Shown piece by piece: positions 48,251 to 58,150 of a DNA stretch of 64,000 bases. Each line of letters begins with the position of its first letter. The first letter of the stretch is position 1. The notes under the pieces were generated by a model. That model worked only from the letters and a program-made list of their open reading frames with translations. It had not been told where the DNA came from and ran no database searches. The position numbers and the translations under genes were made by a program. Origin of the DNA: Mariniphaga sp. (GTDB lineage Bacteria > Bacteroidota > Bacteroidia > Bacteroidales > Prolixibacteraceae); assembly GCA_019429205.1 (NCBI GenBank), contig JAHYIT010000013.1, positions 5,276 through 69,275 on the forward strand, in the 5' to 3' direction.

Positions 48251-49783
48251 ATGAAACAAAAAGCAGCTATTCTTAAGTCCCCAAAAATTAATCACTTTGT
48301 ACTTGCGGTAGTAATTACCGGGGGAACAGCCCTGCTTTGCATTCCTCTGGCCAATACTCAAAATTACCATGTGGTTTCTTTTATACTGCTTTTTGTAGTA
48401 TCAATTCTGGCCACTTTTATGGGAACGGGCCCGGTATTGCTTGCTTCCACGCTAAGTGCCATTCACTGGAATTTCTTTTTTATTCCCCCTCAATATACAT
48501 TCAAGATTGAAAAAACGGAGGATATTTTAATTTTCGGTCTCTTTTTTATCATTGCCCTGGTTAACGGGGTGTTAACCACTAGAGTGCGTAACCAGGAAAA
48601 ATTGGTTCGCGACCGGGAAAAACGCACCAATGCCCTGTTTCAGTTAACCAAAGAACTTTCAAAAGCCAGCGGCATGGAAGAAGTGTTGAAGGTGGCCATT
48701 CGTGAAATTAAAAACAACTTTCAGGTTGATTCCTTTTTTATACTTCAGGATGGAGAAAACAAGCTGAATAACACCGGAAGGTTACAAAAAGATAAAAAAC
48801 TTATACCCGCAGAATACCATGTTGCTGAATGGGTTTTTAACCATTCGCAAAAAGCAGGTGCTTTTACCCAAAATTCCATGGGGTTAGATTTAACCATTTT
48901 TCCGCTTACCGGTACCCGAATCAGCCCTGGAGTGGTTGTTGTAAAGTTGGATGAAGCATTTGCCGGCGACCAAAAAACCTATTGGGATACTTTTTTGGTT
49001 CAGATTTCAAACGCACTTGAACGTGAATTTTTGGGTGAAATGGCCCAACGTGTAAGGTTTTTAGAAGAATCAGACAGGCTGTACAAAACTTTATTCAATT
49101 CCATTTCACACGAATTAAGAATACCGGTTGCCACAATAATGGGCGCTTCCGATTCCATCATAAATTCATCCGATTCGGGAAATATGCAATCGGCCCTGTG
49201 TAATGAAATTTTTACAGCTTCACTTCGACTTAACCGGTTAATTGAAAATTTGCTGAATATTTCACGGCTCGAAAGCGGGCATATTTCAGCCAGGTTAGAC
49301 TGGTACGACGTAAACGACCTGGTTAACAAAGTGGCCGACGACCTGAAGGAAGAGCTGAAACCATTTGCACTGAAAGTTAACGTTCAGCATGATATGCCTC
49401 TGGTGAAAATTGATTTTGGCCTGATGGAACAGGTTTTATATAATCTGTTAATAAACTCAATACAGTACGCACCTCCTACCTCCGAAATAACTCTTTCTGT
49501 TGGTTATACTGAAAGAATAATGAAGATGGAAGTTACAGACAAAGGACCCGGATTTCCTGAAAATGAAATTAAAAATGTATTTAAAAAGTTTTTCCGGGTA
49601 AATGGAAATAAAACCGGCGGTTTAGGACTGGGGTTGTCTATTGCCAAAGGTTTTGTGGAAGCCCAAGGAGGCACTATTGACATTGAAAACCGGCAATCCG
49701 GAGGCGCCCGGTTTTTTATAAATATTCCGACTGAAATTCCCGATATTAAAAACCTGCAGGAACAAGACAATGAAGGACAATGA
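48251..49783 (+). CDS. KdpD-like sensor histidine kinase lacking the N-terminal KdpD/Usp domains (DUF4118-GAF-HisKA-HATPase)
   Basis: A 4-TM DUF4118-like block, a GAF-like linker, the H-box LFNSISHELRIPVATIMG and ATPase boxes (NLLINSIQYA, DKGPGF, GGLGLGLSI). Confidence 0.85.
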   Translation: MKQKAAILKSPKINHFVLAVVITGGTALLCIPLANTQNYHVVSFILLFVVSILATFMGTGPVLLASTLSAIHWNFFFIPPQYTFKIEKTEDILIFGLFFIIALVNGVLTTRVRNQEKLVRDREKRTNALFQLTKELSKASGMEEVLKVAIREIKNNFQVDSFFILQDGENKLNNTGRLQKDKKLIPAEYHVAEWVFNHSQKAGAFTQNSMGLDLTIFPLTGTRISPGVVVVKLDEAFAGDQKTYWDTFLVQISNALEREFLGEMAQRVRFLEESDRLYKTLFNSISHELRIPVATIMGASDSIINSSDSGNMQSALCNEIFTASLRLNRLIENLLNISRLESGHISARLDWYDVNDLVNKVADDLKEELKPFALKVNVQHDMPLVKIDFGLMEQVLYNLLINSIQYAPPTSEITLSVGYTERIMKMEVTDKGPGFPENEIKNVFKKFFRVNGNKTGGLGLGLSIAKGFVEAQGGTIDIENRQSGGARFFINIPTEIPDIKNLQEQDNEGQ

Positions 49784-50453
49784 AACAATACTGGTCATTG
49801 ATGACGAAAAGCAGATTCGTAGATTACTCGAAATAACATTATCTGCAAAGGGCTATAAAGTTATACTTTCTGCCAGCGGAAAAGAGGGTTTGGTGGATGC
49901 AGCCACACAGCATCCATCGCTTATTTTGCTCGATTTGGGTTTGCCGGATATCGACGGGCATGAAATCCTGAAAAAATTAAGGGAATGGTACCAGAAATCC
50001 ATCATTATTCTTTCGGTCCGTGACTCGGAAGATGAAATCATAAAAGCATTGGATAACGGGGCAAACGACTTTCTTGCCAAACCATTTCGCTCGGGCGAAT
50101 TACTTGCCCGAATTCGGGTTGCATTGAGACCGGGAAATGATGGTACTGACACTTCCAGTCTGTCTTTCGGTCCGTTAGCCATAGATTTGGTCAACCATGT
50201 TGTTCGAAAAAACAGCGAAATAATAAAACTCACAGCTACTGAGTTTTCATTGCTCCAATTGCTGGCAAAAAACAGTGGGCGCGTTCTTACACATCAATAT
50301 ATTCTTAAAGAAGTTTGGGGATATGGTTACATTGAACAAACCCAGTATTTAAGGGTTTTTGTGGCTCAGTTACGAAAAAAAATTGAGGACAATCCTTCCA
50401 AACCCACATTGTTAATTACCGAATCGGGCATTGGGTACAGGTTCGCTGAATAA
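49770..50453 (+). CDS. OmpR-family response regulator (KdpE-like)
   Basis: A receiver domain (VIDDE...LLDLGLPD...K) plus a winged-helix domain (LTATEFSLLQLLAKNSGRVLTHQYILKEVWG...YLRVFVAQLRKKIE). The gene overlaps the kinase gene by 14 nt. Confidence 0.9.
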   Translation: MKDNETILVIDDEKQIRRLLEITLSAKGYKVILSASGKEGLVDAATQHPSLILLDLGLPDIDGHEILKKLREWYQKSIIILSVRDSEDEIIKALDNGANDFLAKPFRSGELLARIRVALRPGNDGTDTSSLSFGPLAIDLVNHVVRKNSEIIKLTATEFSLLQLLAKNSGRVLTHQYILKEVWGYGYIEQTQYLRVFVAQLRKKIEDNPSKPTLLITESGIGYRFAE

Positions 50454-50496
50454 GAAATAAAAATTAAATGGTATATTTCACTCAAAAATTATAACC

Positions 50497-51234
50497 ATGA
50501 GAAAAATCAAAACGAAACTGATGATTGGAATCGGGATAATTTTTATTATATCTTATTCAATTATGATGGTGAACATGGGAACGAACCAAAGCATTGTAAA
50601 AAAATCCGACTCCCTCCTGACCAGTAATTATGCGTCTTTGAAACATACATTTCAAATGTTGCGGTTGCTTAACGATGTGAATGTAATTGTTGCTAAAGGA
50701 TTAAGCGAAGACAGCGTTGCAGGGCAAACACTTGTGATAATTGAAAAACTTGAAGATTTTGAAGAACCGCTTAAACTCCAGATGAACAACATTACCGAAC
50801 CGGGAGAATTGCAGCTCACCAACAACCTTAAAAAAACTTTCGATGCATTCAGGCATTATTTAGTTGCACGCGAACAACCTTTTTTCTGGAATGATTACGA
50901 CATTCATTTTCAGGAAGTTAGAAATGATATTCTTGAAATTTATCAGATGAATGCCCTTTCGCTTGAAGAAAAAAACGATGCCATAAAAAATCATGCACAG
51001 CATGTTTTATCCCTGCAAAAAAATGTAGGAATAGCAGGGCTTGCGTTGTTATGTATTCTATTGGTTTTTTTACCACTTTATTTGTTGAGGCCAGTCGATC
51101 ATCTTGTCTTAAAACTGAAAGATATTTACGAAAAGGGATTCAACAAAAAAGTGAAGCTGAAAAAAGGGCATGAAATGAAACAATTGGAAGATATTGTTGA
51201 AAAAATTGTAGCTGAATTAAAAAGAAAAGTTTAA
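50497..51234 (+). CDS. Output-less membrane sensor-like protein (TM, 4-helix-bundle-like periplasmic domain, TM, HAMP-like tail)
   Basis: TM1 is LMIGIGIIFIISYSIMMV. A ~150-aa helical region follows, then TM2 VGIAGLALLCILLVFLPLYLL. The HAMP-like segment LRPVDHLVLKLKDIYEKGFNKKVKLKKGHEMKQLEDIV follows TM2. No kinase or MCP signalling domain is present. Confidence 0.55.
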   Translation: MRKIKTKLMIGIGIIFIISYSIMMVNMGTNQSIVKKSDSLLTSNYASLKHTFQMLRLLNDVNVIVAKGLSEDSVAGQTLVIIEKLEDFEEPLKLQMNNITEPGELQLTNNLKKTFDAFRHYLVAREQPFFWNDYDIHFQEVRNDILEIYQMNALSLEEKNDAIKNHAQHVLSLQKNVGIAGLALLCILLVFLPLYLLRPVDHLVLKLKDIYEKGFNKKVKLKKGHEMKQLEDIVEKIVAELKRKV

Positions 51235-51301
51235 AACAAATAGATTTTTAAGTCTAAAAAAAGAGCAAATTCTGTTTTTCTATAATCCGAAAAAATTAGG
51301 T

Positions 51302-53059
51302 GTGAAAATCAATTTGAAAATTTTTACCCGGATAAAAAGGCTGCCAGTCCTTATAAGTACTTTTGGACTGCTGGCAATCATTTACGATCTGGGTTTTAAA
51401 AGGCATCCCGATGAAAGCCAGTTTCTGCAATACTTTTATCTTTTTTCGATATTAGTCGGTGCCGTTTCAATAACGGGAAAATACTTTTTTAAAAAAACCA
51501 GGCCTGCATTAAAAATATTACCGTTCGATGTTTTACTATTGCTTTTTTCCACATTACTTATTTTAATTCATTTTGATTTGGCGGGAAGTCAGGCGCCATC
51601 TTTTCTTAGCCAAACCGGTTGGCTCAGATTAACTGTTGTTCTCATTTTTCTGCGCGATCTGGCAGCGTTGAGATTAAACTTCAAATGGGCAGTAGTAAAT
51701 CCGGCGCAATTGTTTATTTTAAGTTTTTTGGCTTTAATCATTTCAGGCTGTTTTTTTCTTCTTCTTCCCAATGCAACACACTCGGGTATTTCCCTTATTG
51801 ATGCACTTTTTACTTCCACCAGCGCTGTTTGTGTAACAGGTTTGATTGTAGTTGACACTGGTAGTTATTTTACACTTTTCGGCCAGATTGTTATCATTAC
51901 GCTGGTGCAGGCAGGTGGTTTGGGAATTATGACTTTTGCCAGCTACTTCGGTTATTTTTTCAAAGGCTCCTCCTCCTATAAAAAACAGTTGGTTTTGAAT
52001 GAACTTACCTGGTCGGGCAAGCTGGGGGAAGTTTTTACTACACTCAAAAGAATTATCATAATTACCGTGTTTATCGAGGTTGTAGGGGCAATTTTTATAT
52101 TTTGGAGCCTAAATAAAGAAGTATTTCCCGTTCATTCCGAGCGCTTGTTTTTTTCAATTTTTCATTCCATATCCGGATACTGCAACGCAGGGTTTTCAAC
52201 TTTGCAGAATAGCCTTTATTCAACTGAATTTCGTTTTAATTATTCACTGCACCTGATTATTGCCTTTCTTTTTATTTTGGGCGGGCTGGGTTTTCCCATT
52301 GTGTTTAACCTGCTGAAATATTTTAAAAATAAACTGATAAATGGTGTGCTTCAATTATTTGGGAAAAAACACAGTCACCTGCCCTGGATTTTAAATATCA
52401 ATACCCGCATTGTTTTAACAACCACGCTGGTTTTAATTGGTGTAGGTGCTGTTCATTTTTTCATTTTTGAATACAACAACACCCTTGCAGAGCATAACCT
52501 GTGGGGCAAAATAGTAGGAGCATTTTTTGGTTCCGTTACTCCCCGAACTGCAGGGTTTAATACCACCGATACAGCGAGCCTGAGTATTCCGGTGGTTTTA
52601 ATGCTGTTTTTTTTAATGTGGGTGGGGGCTTCGCCGGCATCAACGGGAGGAGGAATAAAAACCAGCACGCTGGCTTTGGCTGTGCTCAATTTTCTGTCAG
52701 TGGCAAGAGGTAAAAAGCGACTGGAGGTTTTTGGCCGTGAAATCACCCAGACTTCTGTTAACAGGGCTTTTTCAGTTGTGTTCCTTTCGGTGCTTGCCAT
52801 ATCATTGTCTGTATTCGGCGTTCTATGGTTCGACAAAGAAAAAGATTTACTTGATGTTGCTTTTGAATGTGTTTCTGCATTCAGCACGGTAGGTTTAAGC
52901 AGGGGAATAACTGCGGATTTGAACAGTTACAGTAAATTCATCTTAATTTTGACCATGTTTGTTGGGAGGGTCGGAATGTTAACTGTGCTGATTGCGCTAT
53001 TTAAAAAGGTTACCCGGTATAAATACCGTTACCCGGCAGAAGATGTATTAATTCACTAA
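51302..53059 (+). CDS. trkH: TrkH/KtrB-family K+ uptake membrane subunit (copy 2) with a ~130-aa N-terminal membrane extension
   Basis: GTG start. The C-terminal ~450 aa carry TrkH-type repeats (TSAVCVTGL, GGLGIMTF, CNAGFST, GASPASTGGGIK). The gene is followed 12 nt later by trkA. Confidence 0.8.
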   Translation: MKINLKIFTRIKRLPVLISTFGLLAIIYDLGFKRHPDESQFLQYFYLFSILVGAVSITGKYFFKKTRPALKILPFDVLLLLFSTLLILIHFDLAGSQAPSFLSQTGWLRLTVVLIFLRDLAALRLNFKWAVVNPAQLFILSFLALIISGCFFLLLPNATHSGISLIDALFTSTSAVCVTGLIVVDTGSYFTLFGQIVIITLVQAGGLGIMTFASYFGYFFKGSSSYKKQLVLNELTWSGKLGEVFTTLKRIIIITVFIEVVGAIFIFWSLNKEVFPVHSERLFFSIFHSISGYCNAGFSTLQNSLYSTEFRFNYSLHLIIAFLFILGGLGFPIVFNLLKYFKNKLINGVLQLFGKKHSHLPWILNINTRIVLTTTLVLIGVGAVHFFIFEYNNTLAEHNLWGKIVGAFFGSVTPRTAGFNTTDTASLSIPVVLMLFFLMWVGASPASTGGGIKTSTLALAVLNFLSVARGKKRLEVFGREITQTSVNRAFSVVFLSVLAISLSVFGVLWFDKEKDLLDVAFECVSAFSTVGLSRGITADLNSYSKFILILTMFVGRVGMLTVLIALFKKVTRYKYRYPAEDVLIH

Positions 53060-53071
53060 ATTATTTTCAAC

Positions 53072-53755
53072 ATGAAATTTATTATTATCGGTCTTGGCAA
53101 TTTTGGAAACACACTGGCAGAAAAACTAACCAACATGAACCACGAAGTGATTGGCGTAGATAACCAAATGGAAAAAGTGGATGCCATCAAAGACAGGATT
53201 AGTTATGCCGTATGTTTGAACAGTAAAGATCCGGAAGCATTGAATACTTTACCATTACAGAATTCCAATGCAGTGATTGTTTGTATTGGCGAGGACGAAG
53301 GGGCAAGCTTAATTACAACTGCGCATTTAAAAAGAATGAAGGTGCCCAGATTAATAAGCCGGTCGGTTTCTCCTATTCATGAAACCATTCTCGAAGCCAT
53401 GGGAATTACTGAAATTGTAAGGCCCGAGGAAGAATCAGCTATCAGATGGGCTCGCAGGTTAACATCGAGCGGTTTTATCGATTCATTTGAACTGACCAGC
53501 GATTATTCCATTGTTGAAATGGTGGTACCTGAAAAATTTGCCGGTAAAACAATTGGCCAGATTGGATTTAACAAGAATTTTCGTGTTATCGTACTCACCA
53601 CTATGAAACAAGTAAAAGAACGTAATTTGCTGGGTACTGCAAAACTGGTTAAAAAATTATATGGAACTGCTACAGCCGAAACAGTGTTGAACAAAGGGGA
53701 TGTGATGGTTATTTACGGGCATAAAAAAAATATCGCGAAAATTCTGGAAAATTAG
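53072..53755 (+). CDS. trkA: TrkA/KtrA-type K+ transport regulatory subunit (RCK N and C domains)
   Basis: The Rossmann motif IIGLGNFG is at the N-terminus and a TrkA-C-like C-terminal half follows. Size is 227 aa. Confidence 0.85.
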   Translation: MKFIIIGLGNFGNTLAEKLTNMNHEVIGVDNQMEKVDAIKDRISYAVCLNSKDPEALNTLPLQNSNAVIVCIGEDEGASLITTAHLKRMKVPRLISRSVSPIHETILEAMGITEIVRPEEESAIRWARRLTSSGFIDSFELTSDYSIVEMVVPEKFAGKTIGQIGFNKNFRVIVLTTMKQVKERNLLGTAKLVKKLYGTATAETVLNKGDVMVIYGHKKNIAKILEN

Positions 53756-53880
53756 ATCTGCGTATTTTTTTAATAAAGTTCAGGTATCGATTTATGAGGG
53801 TGAAAATTCAGAGACGAGCCCGCTAAACAATAGAATACCAAAATCGTTTTTTATCTTTGTGGCTGAATTAAACTGTGTAT

Positions 53881-56037
53881 ATGATTCTCTTAAGTACGTT
53901 CGATATAACATTCCCGCTGGAAAACCCGGTTTTAAAATTTCTTGTTATCCTGCTCATTATTTTGTTTGCCCCCATTTTGCTCGACAGGGTGAAAATCCCG
54001 CATTTACTTGGGTTAATCATTGCCGGAGCCATTATCGGCCCGTTCGGTTTTAACCTGATTACACGCGACAGCAGTATTATTCTTTCGGGAACAGCCGGTT
54101 TGCTTTATATTATGTTCCTGGCCGGGCTTGAGATTGACATGGCCGACTTCAAAAAGAATGCAGGAAAAAGTTCGATGCTGGGACTGCTTGGTTTTATCAT
54201 TCCTATGGTATTTGGTACAGCGGCAGGCCTCTACCTTTTGGGGTATTCCTTTTTTACATCGGTTTTGATGGCAAGTATGTTTTCCTCCCACACCTTAATT
54301 ACTTACCCCATTGTGAGCAAACTAGGTATTTCCAAAAACCAGGCGGTGAACATTACCGTTGGAAGCACTTTAATTACCAATGTGCTGGCTTTGCTGGTGC
54401 TTGCTGTTGTTGTGGGCATGACATCAGGAGAAATTGACCAGAATTTTGCCCTGAAACTGTCCATTTCATTCATTATTTTTTCTTCTGTCATCATGCTTGG
54501 GTTTCCGCCAATTGCACGCTGGTTTTTTAAACGGTACGACGACAATGTGTCCCAGTATATTTTTGTTTTGGTGATGGTTTTTCTTGGGGCTGTTATATCC
54601 GAAATTGCCGGAATTGAAGGTATTATCGGGGCGTTTTTAGCCGGACTGGCGCTGAATCGGCTTATTACGCGAACCTCGCCGCTGATGAACCGGATCGATT
54701 TTGTTGGAAACGCCATTTTTATCCCATTTTTTTTGCTGGGTGTGGGAATGCTTATTGATTACCGCGCATTTTTTACTGATGTTGAAACAATAATTGTGGC
54801 TGTTACCATGTCGGTGATCGCAACTGTGGGGAAATATATCCCGGCCTGGATAGTGCAAAAAAGTTTCCGGTATTCAGTTGACCAGCGCCGGCTCATTTTC
54901 GGGCTCAGCAACGCCCAGGCTGCCGCAACCCTGGCAGCTGTGCTGGTTGGTTTTAATGTTATCATTGGCGAAACGGCTGACGGGGAACCCATCAGGCTGC
55001 TCAGTGAAAGTATTCTGAACGGAACCATTATCATGATTCTGGTCACGTGCACCATTGCTTCGTTTGAAACACAAAAAGGTGCAAACAATATTGCCCGGGC
55101 CGAAAATGCGGAAATGGATGAGGAAGACAAAGAACCCGATGAACGCATTCTTATCCCTGTAAGCAATCCTGAAACGGTAGATGAGTTGATTCATTTGAGC
55201 GCACTTATTAAGTCGAAAAAGAACAGAACCGGACTTTTTGCTTTGAGCATTATCAATAACAGCAATGACGAAGAGAATGCGAACGGGGCAAACAAACAGG
55301 CAAGGAAAATTTTAGAGAAAGCTGCTATAACCGCAGCTTCAGCAGATATTCACCTTACCGAACTGCTCCGTTACGACCTGAACATTGTAAATGGCATTAC
55401 TAGTGTTATAAAAGAACACGGAATTACGGACCTCATTCTTGGACTCCATGTGAAGAAGGGAATTTCTGAATCGTTCCTTGGAAACCTCACAGAGGGAATT
55501 CTTGCCAGAAGCAATAAAACCACTCTTGTGTATAAGCCTGCTCAACCTTTAAATACACTCAAAAGACATTTTATTGTGATGCCGGAAAATGCAGAAAAGG
55601 AACTGGGATTTCCTTTCTGGATTTTTAAGGTCTGGAATATTTCGAGAAACACGGGCGATAAACTTATTTTTCACGGTACGGAACCAACACTCAGGATTTT
55701 GAGGGAACTTCACGCCAAACATCCGGTGGAAGCAGCGTTTCATGTTTTTGAAGACTGGGACGAAATTCTGGCCCTTACCCGTGAAATTAAAATTGATGAT
55801 AACTTGATTATTGTGATGAGCCGTAAAGGAAAACCTTCTTATCATCCCAAAATGGCGAATGTTCCCAAATACCTCAACAAATATTTTCAAACAAACAGTT
55901 TTATTTTAATATATCCCATGCAGATTGGAGTGGCGCAAAGTGCAAAATTCGATTTTAATAATCCATCTTTACTCGAACCTATTGAAAAACTGGATGAAAT
56001 AGGTAAGACCATTGCAAAAATTTTTAAACGAAAATAA
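53881..56037 (+). CDS. CPA2-family cation:proton antiporter with a large cytoplasmic C-terminal domain
   Basis: The N-terminal ~400 aa form a Na+/H+-exchanger-type multi-TM domain. A ~300-aa soluble tail follows. There is an alternative GTG start at 53875. Confidence 0.8.
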   Translation: MILLSTFDITFPLENPVLKFLVILLIILFAPILLDRVKIPHLLGLIIAGAIIGPFGFNLITRDSSIILSGTAGLLYIMFLAGLEIDMADFKKNAGKSSMLGLLGFIIPMVFGTAAGLYLLGYSFFTSVLMASMFSSHTLITYPIVSKLGISKNQAVNITVGSTLITNVLALLVLAVVVGMTSGEIDQNFALKLSISFIIFSSVIMLGFPPIARWFFKRYDDNVSQYIFVLVMVFLGAVISEIAGIEGIIGAFLAGLALNRLITRTSPLMNRIDFVGNAIFIPFFLLGVGMLIDYRAFFTDVETIIVAVTMSVIATVGKYIPAWIVQKSFRYSVDQRRLIFGLSNAQAAATLAAVLVGFNVIIGETADGEPIRLLSESILNGTIIMILVTCTIASFETQKGANNIARAENAEMDEEDKEPDERILIPVSNPETVDELIHLSALIKSKKNRTGLFALSIINNSNDEENANGANKQARKILEKAAITAASADIHLTELLRYDLNIVNGITSVIKEHGITDLILGLHVKKGISESFLGNLTEGILARSNKTTLVYKPAQPLNTLKRHFIVMPENAEKELGFPFWIFKVWNISRNTGDKLIFHGTEPTLRILRELHAKHPVEAAFHVFEDWDEILALTREIKIDDNLIIVMSRKGKPSYHPKMANVPKYLNKYFQTNSFILIYPMQIGVAQSAKFDFNNPSLLEPIEKLDEIGKTIAKIFKRK

Positions 56038-56154
56038 TGTGTTTGGTCTAACCGGCGAACCGGAATTTGATAACCAGTTTTACGAACAATACATGCCGAG
56101 ATAAGTCAGGGTGCTTTATTTTTATAAATTTGCCACATAATTTTAGAATAAGCA

Positions 56155-57033
56155 ATGAAAGCGCCAAAGCCAGCAAAAATAAAAAAACGGGTTTTTCGGT
56201 CGTGGTTAACTTCCACAGTGAGCATTTCGCTGGTGCTGCTTATGCTTGGCGCTTTACTCATGATTCTGGCCAATGCCGAAAGGTTGTCTGATTATGTTCG
56301 GGAACAGATTGGTTTTACCCTGGTTTTGAATGACGAACTTAAGGAATCCGATGTTTCCCGGCTGCAAAAAGCCCTCGAATCAACTGATTATGTGAAATCT
56401 GCCCGCTACATCGATAAAGAAACGGCAGCCCGCGAACTGACTGAGGATTTAGGTGAAGATTTTACGGAATTCCTCGGATTTAATCCGCTATTTGCTTCCA
56501 TGGATGTAAAGTTGTTTGCGCCCTATACCAATTCCGACAGCCTGTTTATTATTGAAAAGGAATTCTTGAATCACCCGCAGGTAAAAGAGGTTTATTACCA
56601 AAAAGACTTGCTGGCAGTTATTAATGAAAATGTAAGGAGAATCAGCATTTTTTTGCTTATTGTTTGTGCGTTGACAGGATTCATTTTTGTTTCGCTCATC
56701 AACAACACCATTCGAATTTCCATTTACTCCGAAAGGTTTACCATAAACACTATGCAGTTGGTTGGAGCAACCCGATCATTTGTTAGAAAACCTTTTCTGC
56801 GAAGGGGATTATCTTTGGGAATTCTGGGAGGTCTGGTGGCAAATACATTATTGTTTGCGGCCATTTTTTCATTCAGAAAAGAGTTGGGTGGAATAATCAA
56901 TCCTGCCGATTTTGAGGTTCTTGGCCCTGTTTTCCTGTTGGTTATTTTTTTGGGAATGGCCATTTCTTATTTGTCAACCTGGCTGGCTGTAAACAAATTC
57001 CTTAAATTGAAATTTGACGAATTATTTTATTAA
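56155..57033 (+). CDS. ftsX: Cell-division FtsX-like permease
   Basis: 292 aa with TM1, a large periplasmic loop and three C-terminal TM helices. The conserved ftsX-DUF3098-uppP context supports the call. Confidence 0.8.
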   Translation: MKAPKPAKIKKRVFRSWLTSTVSISLVLLMLGALLMILANAERLSDYVREQIGFTLVLNDELKESDVSRLQKALESTDYVKSARYIDKETAARELTEDLGEDFTEFLGFNPLFASMDVKLFAPYTNSDSLFIIEKEFLNHPQVKEVYYQKDLLAVINENVRRISIFLLIVCALTGFIFVSLINNTIRISIYSERFTINTMQLVGATRSFVRKPFLRRGLSLGILGGLVANTLLFAAIFSFRKELGGIINPADFEVLGPVFLLVIFLGMAISYLSTWLAVNKFLKLKFDELFY

Positions 57034-57048
57034 CTATCTTTGGCGCTT

Positions 57049-57315
57049 ATGAAAAAGAAAACAACACCAAAAGATAAAACCACAAGTGAAGTAGGGTTTG
57101 CTCTGGGTAAAGAAAACTACCGGCTTATGGCTATTGGATTCGGTATTATTGTCCTCGGTTTCATATTGATGATTGGAGGTGGCAGCGACGATCCCAATGT
57201 TTTTAATCCCGAAATTTTTAGCTTCAGACGGATTACACTGGCACCGCTTCTATTGTTGTTTGGTTTTCTCTTCGAAATTTACGCCATCCTGAAAAAACCT
57301 AAAAAGGACGCTTAA
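57049..57315 (+). CDS. DUF3098-like small 2-TM membrane protein
   Basis: ATG at 57049 (the track uses a TTG at 57040). Two TM helices and the conserved position after ftsX in Bacteroidota support the call. Confidence 0.6.
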   Translation: MKKKTTPKDKTTSEVGFALGKENYRLMAIGFGIIVLGFILMIGGGSDDPNVFNPEIFSFRRITLAPLLLLFGFLFEIYAILKKPKKDA

Positions 57316-57326
57316 TATTTTTTGTT

Positions 57327-58109
57327 ATGAATGAAATTCAGGCGCTGATCCTTGGTCTTTTGCAGGGTCTTACTGAGTTTTTACCTGTTAGTTCCAGCGG
57401 ACATCTCGAAATTGGCCATGCTGTTTTAGGGGTAAAAGCTGAAAATAATTTATTATTTGCAGTTACCGTGCATGTTGCAACCGTGTTAAGCACACTTGTG
57501 GTTTTCAGAAAAGACATTGTAAAATTACTTGCCGATTTGTTCGCCTTTCAGTGGAACGAATCTACGCAATACATTTTTAAACTGCTTTTTTCAGCACTGC
57601 CGGTATTGGTGCTGGGACTTTTTTTTGCCGAACAAATTGAGCAATTATTTACCGGAAATCTGATGCTTGTTGGCAGTATGTTGCTTGTTACTGCCGGATT
57701 GCTTTCTTTTGCCCATTTCGCTAAAAAACGGGAAATGAAAATTACCTGGGGAAAGGCATTTGTTATTGGTATTGCACAGTCTTTGGCAGTAATGCCGGGC
57801 ATTTCGCGGAGCGGCGCTACCATTGCAACCGGCTTGTTGGTGGGAACCAAAAAAGACGAAGTGGCCCGGTTTTCTTTTCTTATGGTTCTATTTCCTATAT
57901 TGGGAGCTGCTTTTCTCGATATTTTAGGAGGAGATTTCACTGAAGAATCAGCCATTGGAACCTTTCCACTTTTGGTCGGATTTATAGCTGCCTTTATTTC
58001 GGGCCTTCTGGCGTGTTCGTTAATGATTAAGGTTGTTAAACGGGGAAAATTAATTTATTTCGCTGTTTACTGCTTAATTGTCGGGTTAATTGCTATATTT
58101 GCAGCCTGA
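57327..58109 (+). CDS. uppP: Undecaprenyl-diphosphate phosphatase
   Basis: BacA motifs are present: GLTEFLPVSSSGHL and PGISRSGATI. Confidence 0.9.
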   Translation: MNEIQALILGLLQGLTEFLPVSSSGHLEIGHAVLGVKAENNLLFAVTVHVATVLSTLVVFRKDIVKLLADLFAFQWNESTQYIFKLLFSALPVLVLGLFFAEQIEQLFTGNLMLVGSMLLVTAGLLSFAHFAKKREMKITWGKAFVIGIAQSLAVMPGISRSGATIATGLLVGTKKDEVARFSFLMVLFPILGAAFLDILGGDFTEESAIGTFPLLVGFIAAFISGLLACSLMIKVVKRGKLIYFAVYCLIVGLIAIFAA

Positions 58110-58150
58110 TTTTTCAATTTGTTAAAATACTGTAAACTAAATGTTTGTGA

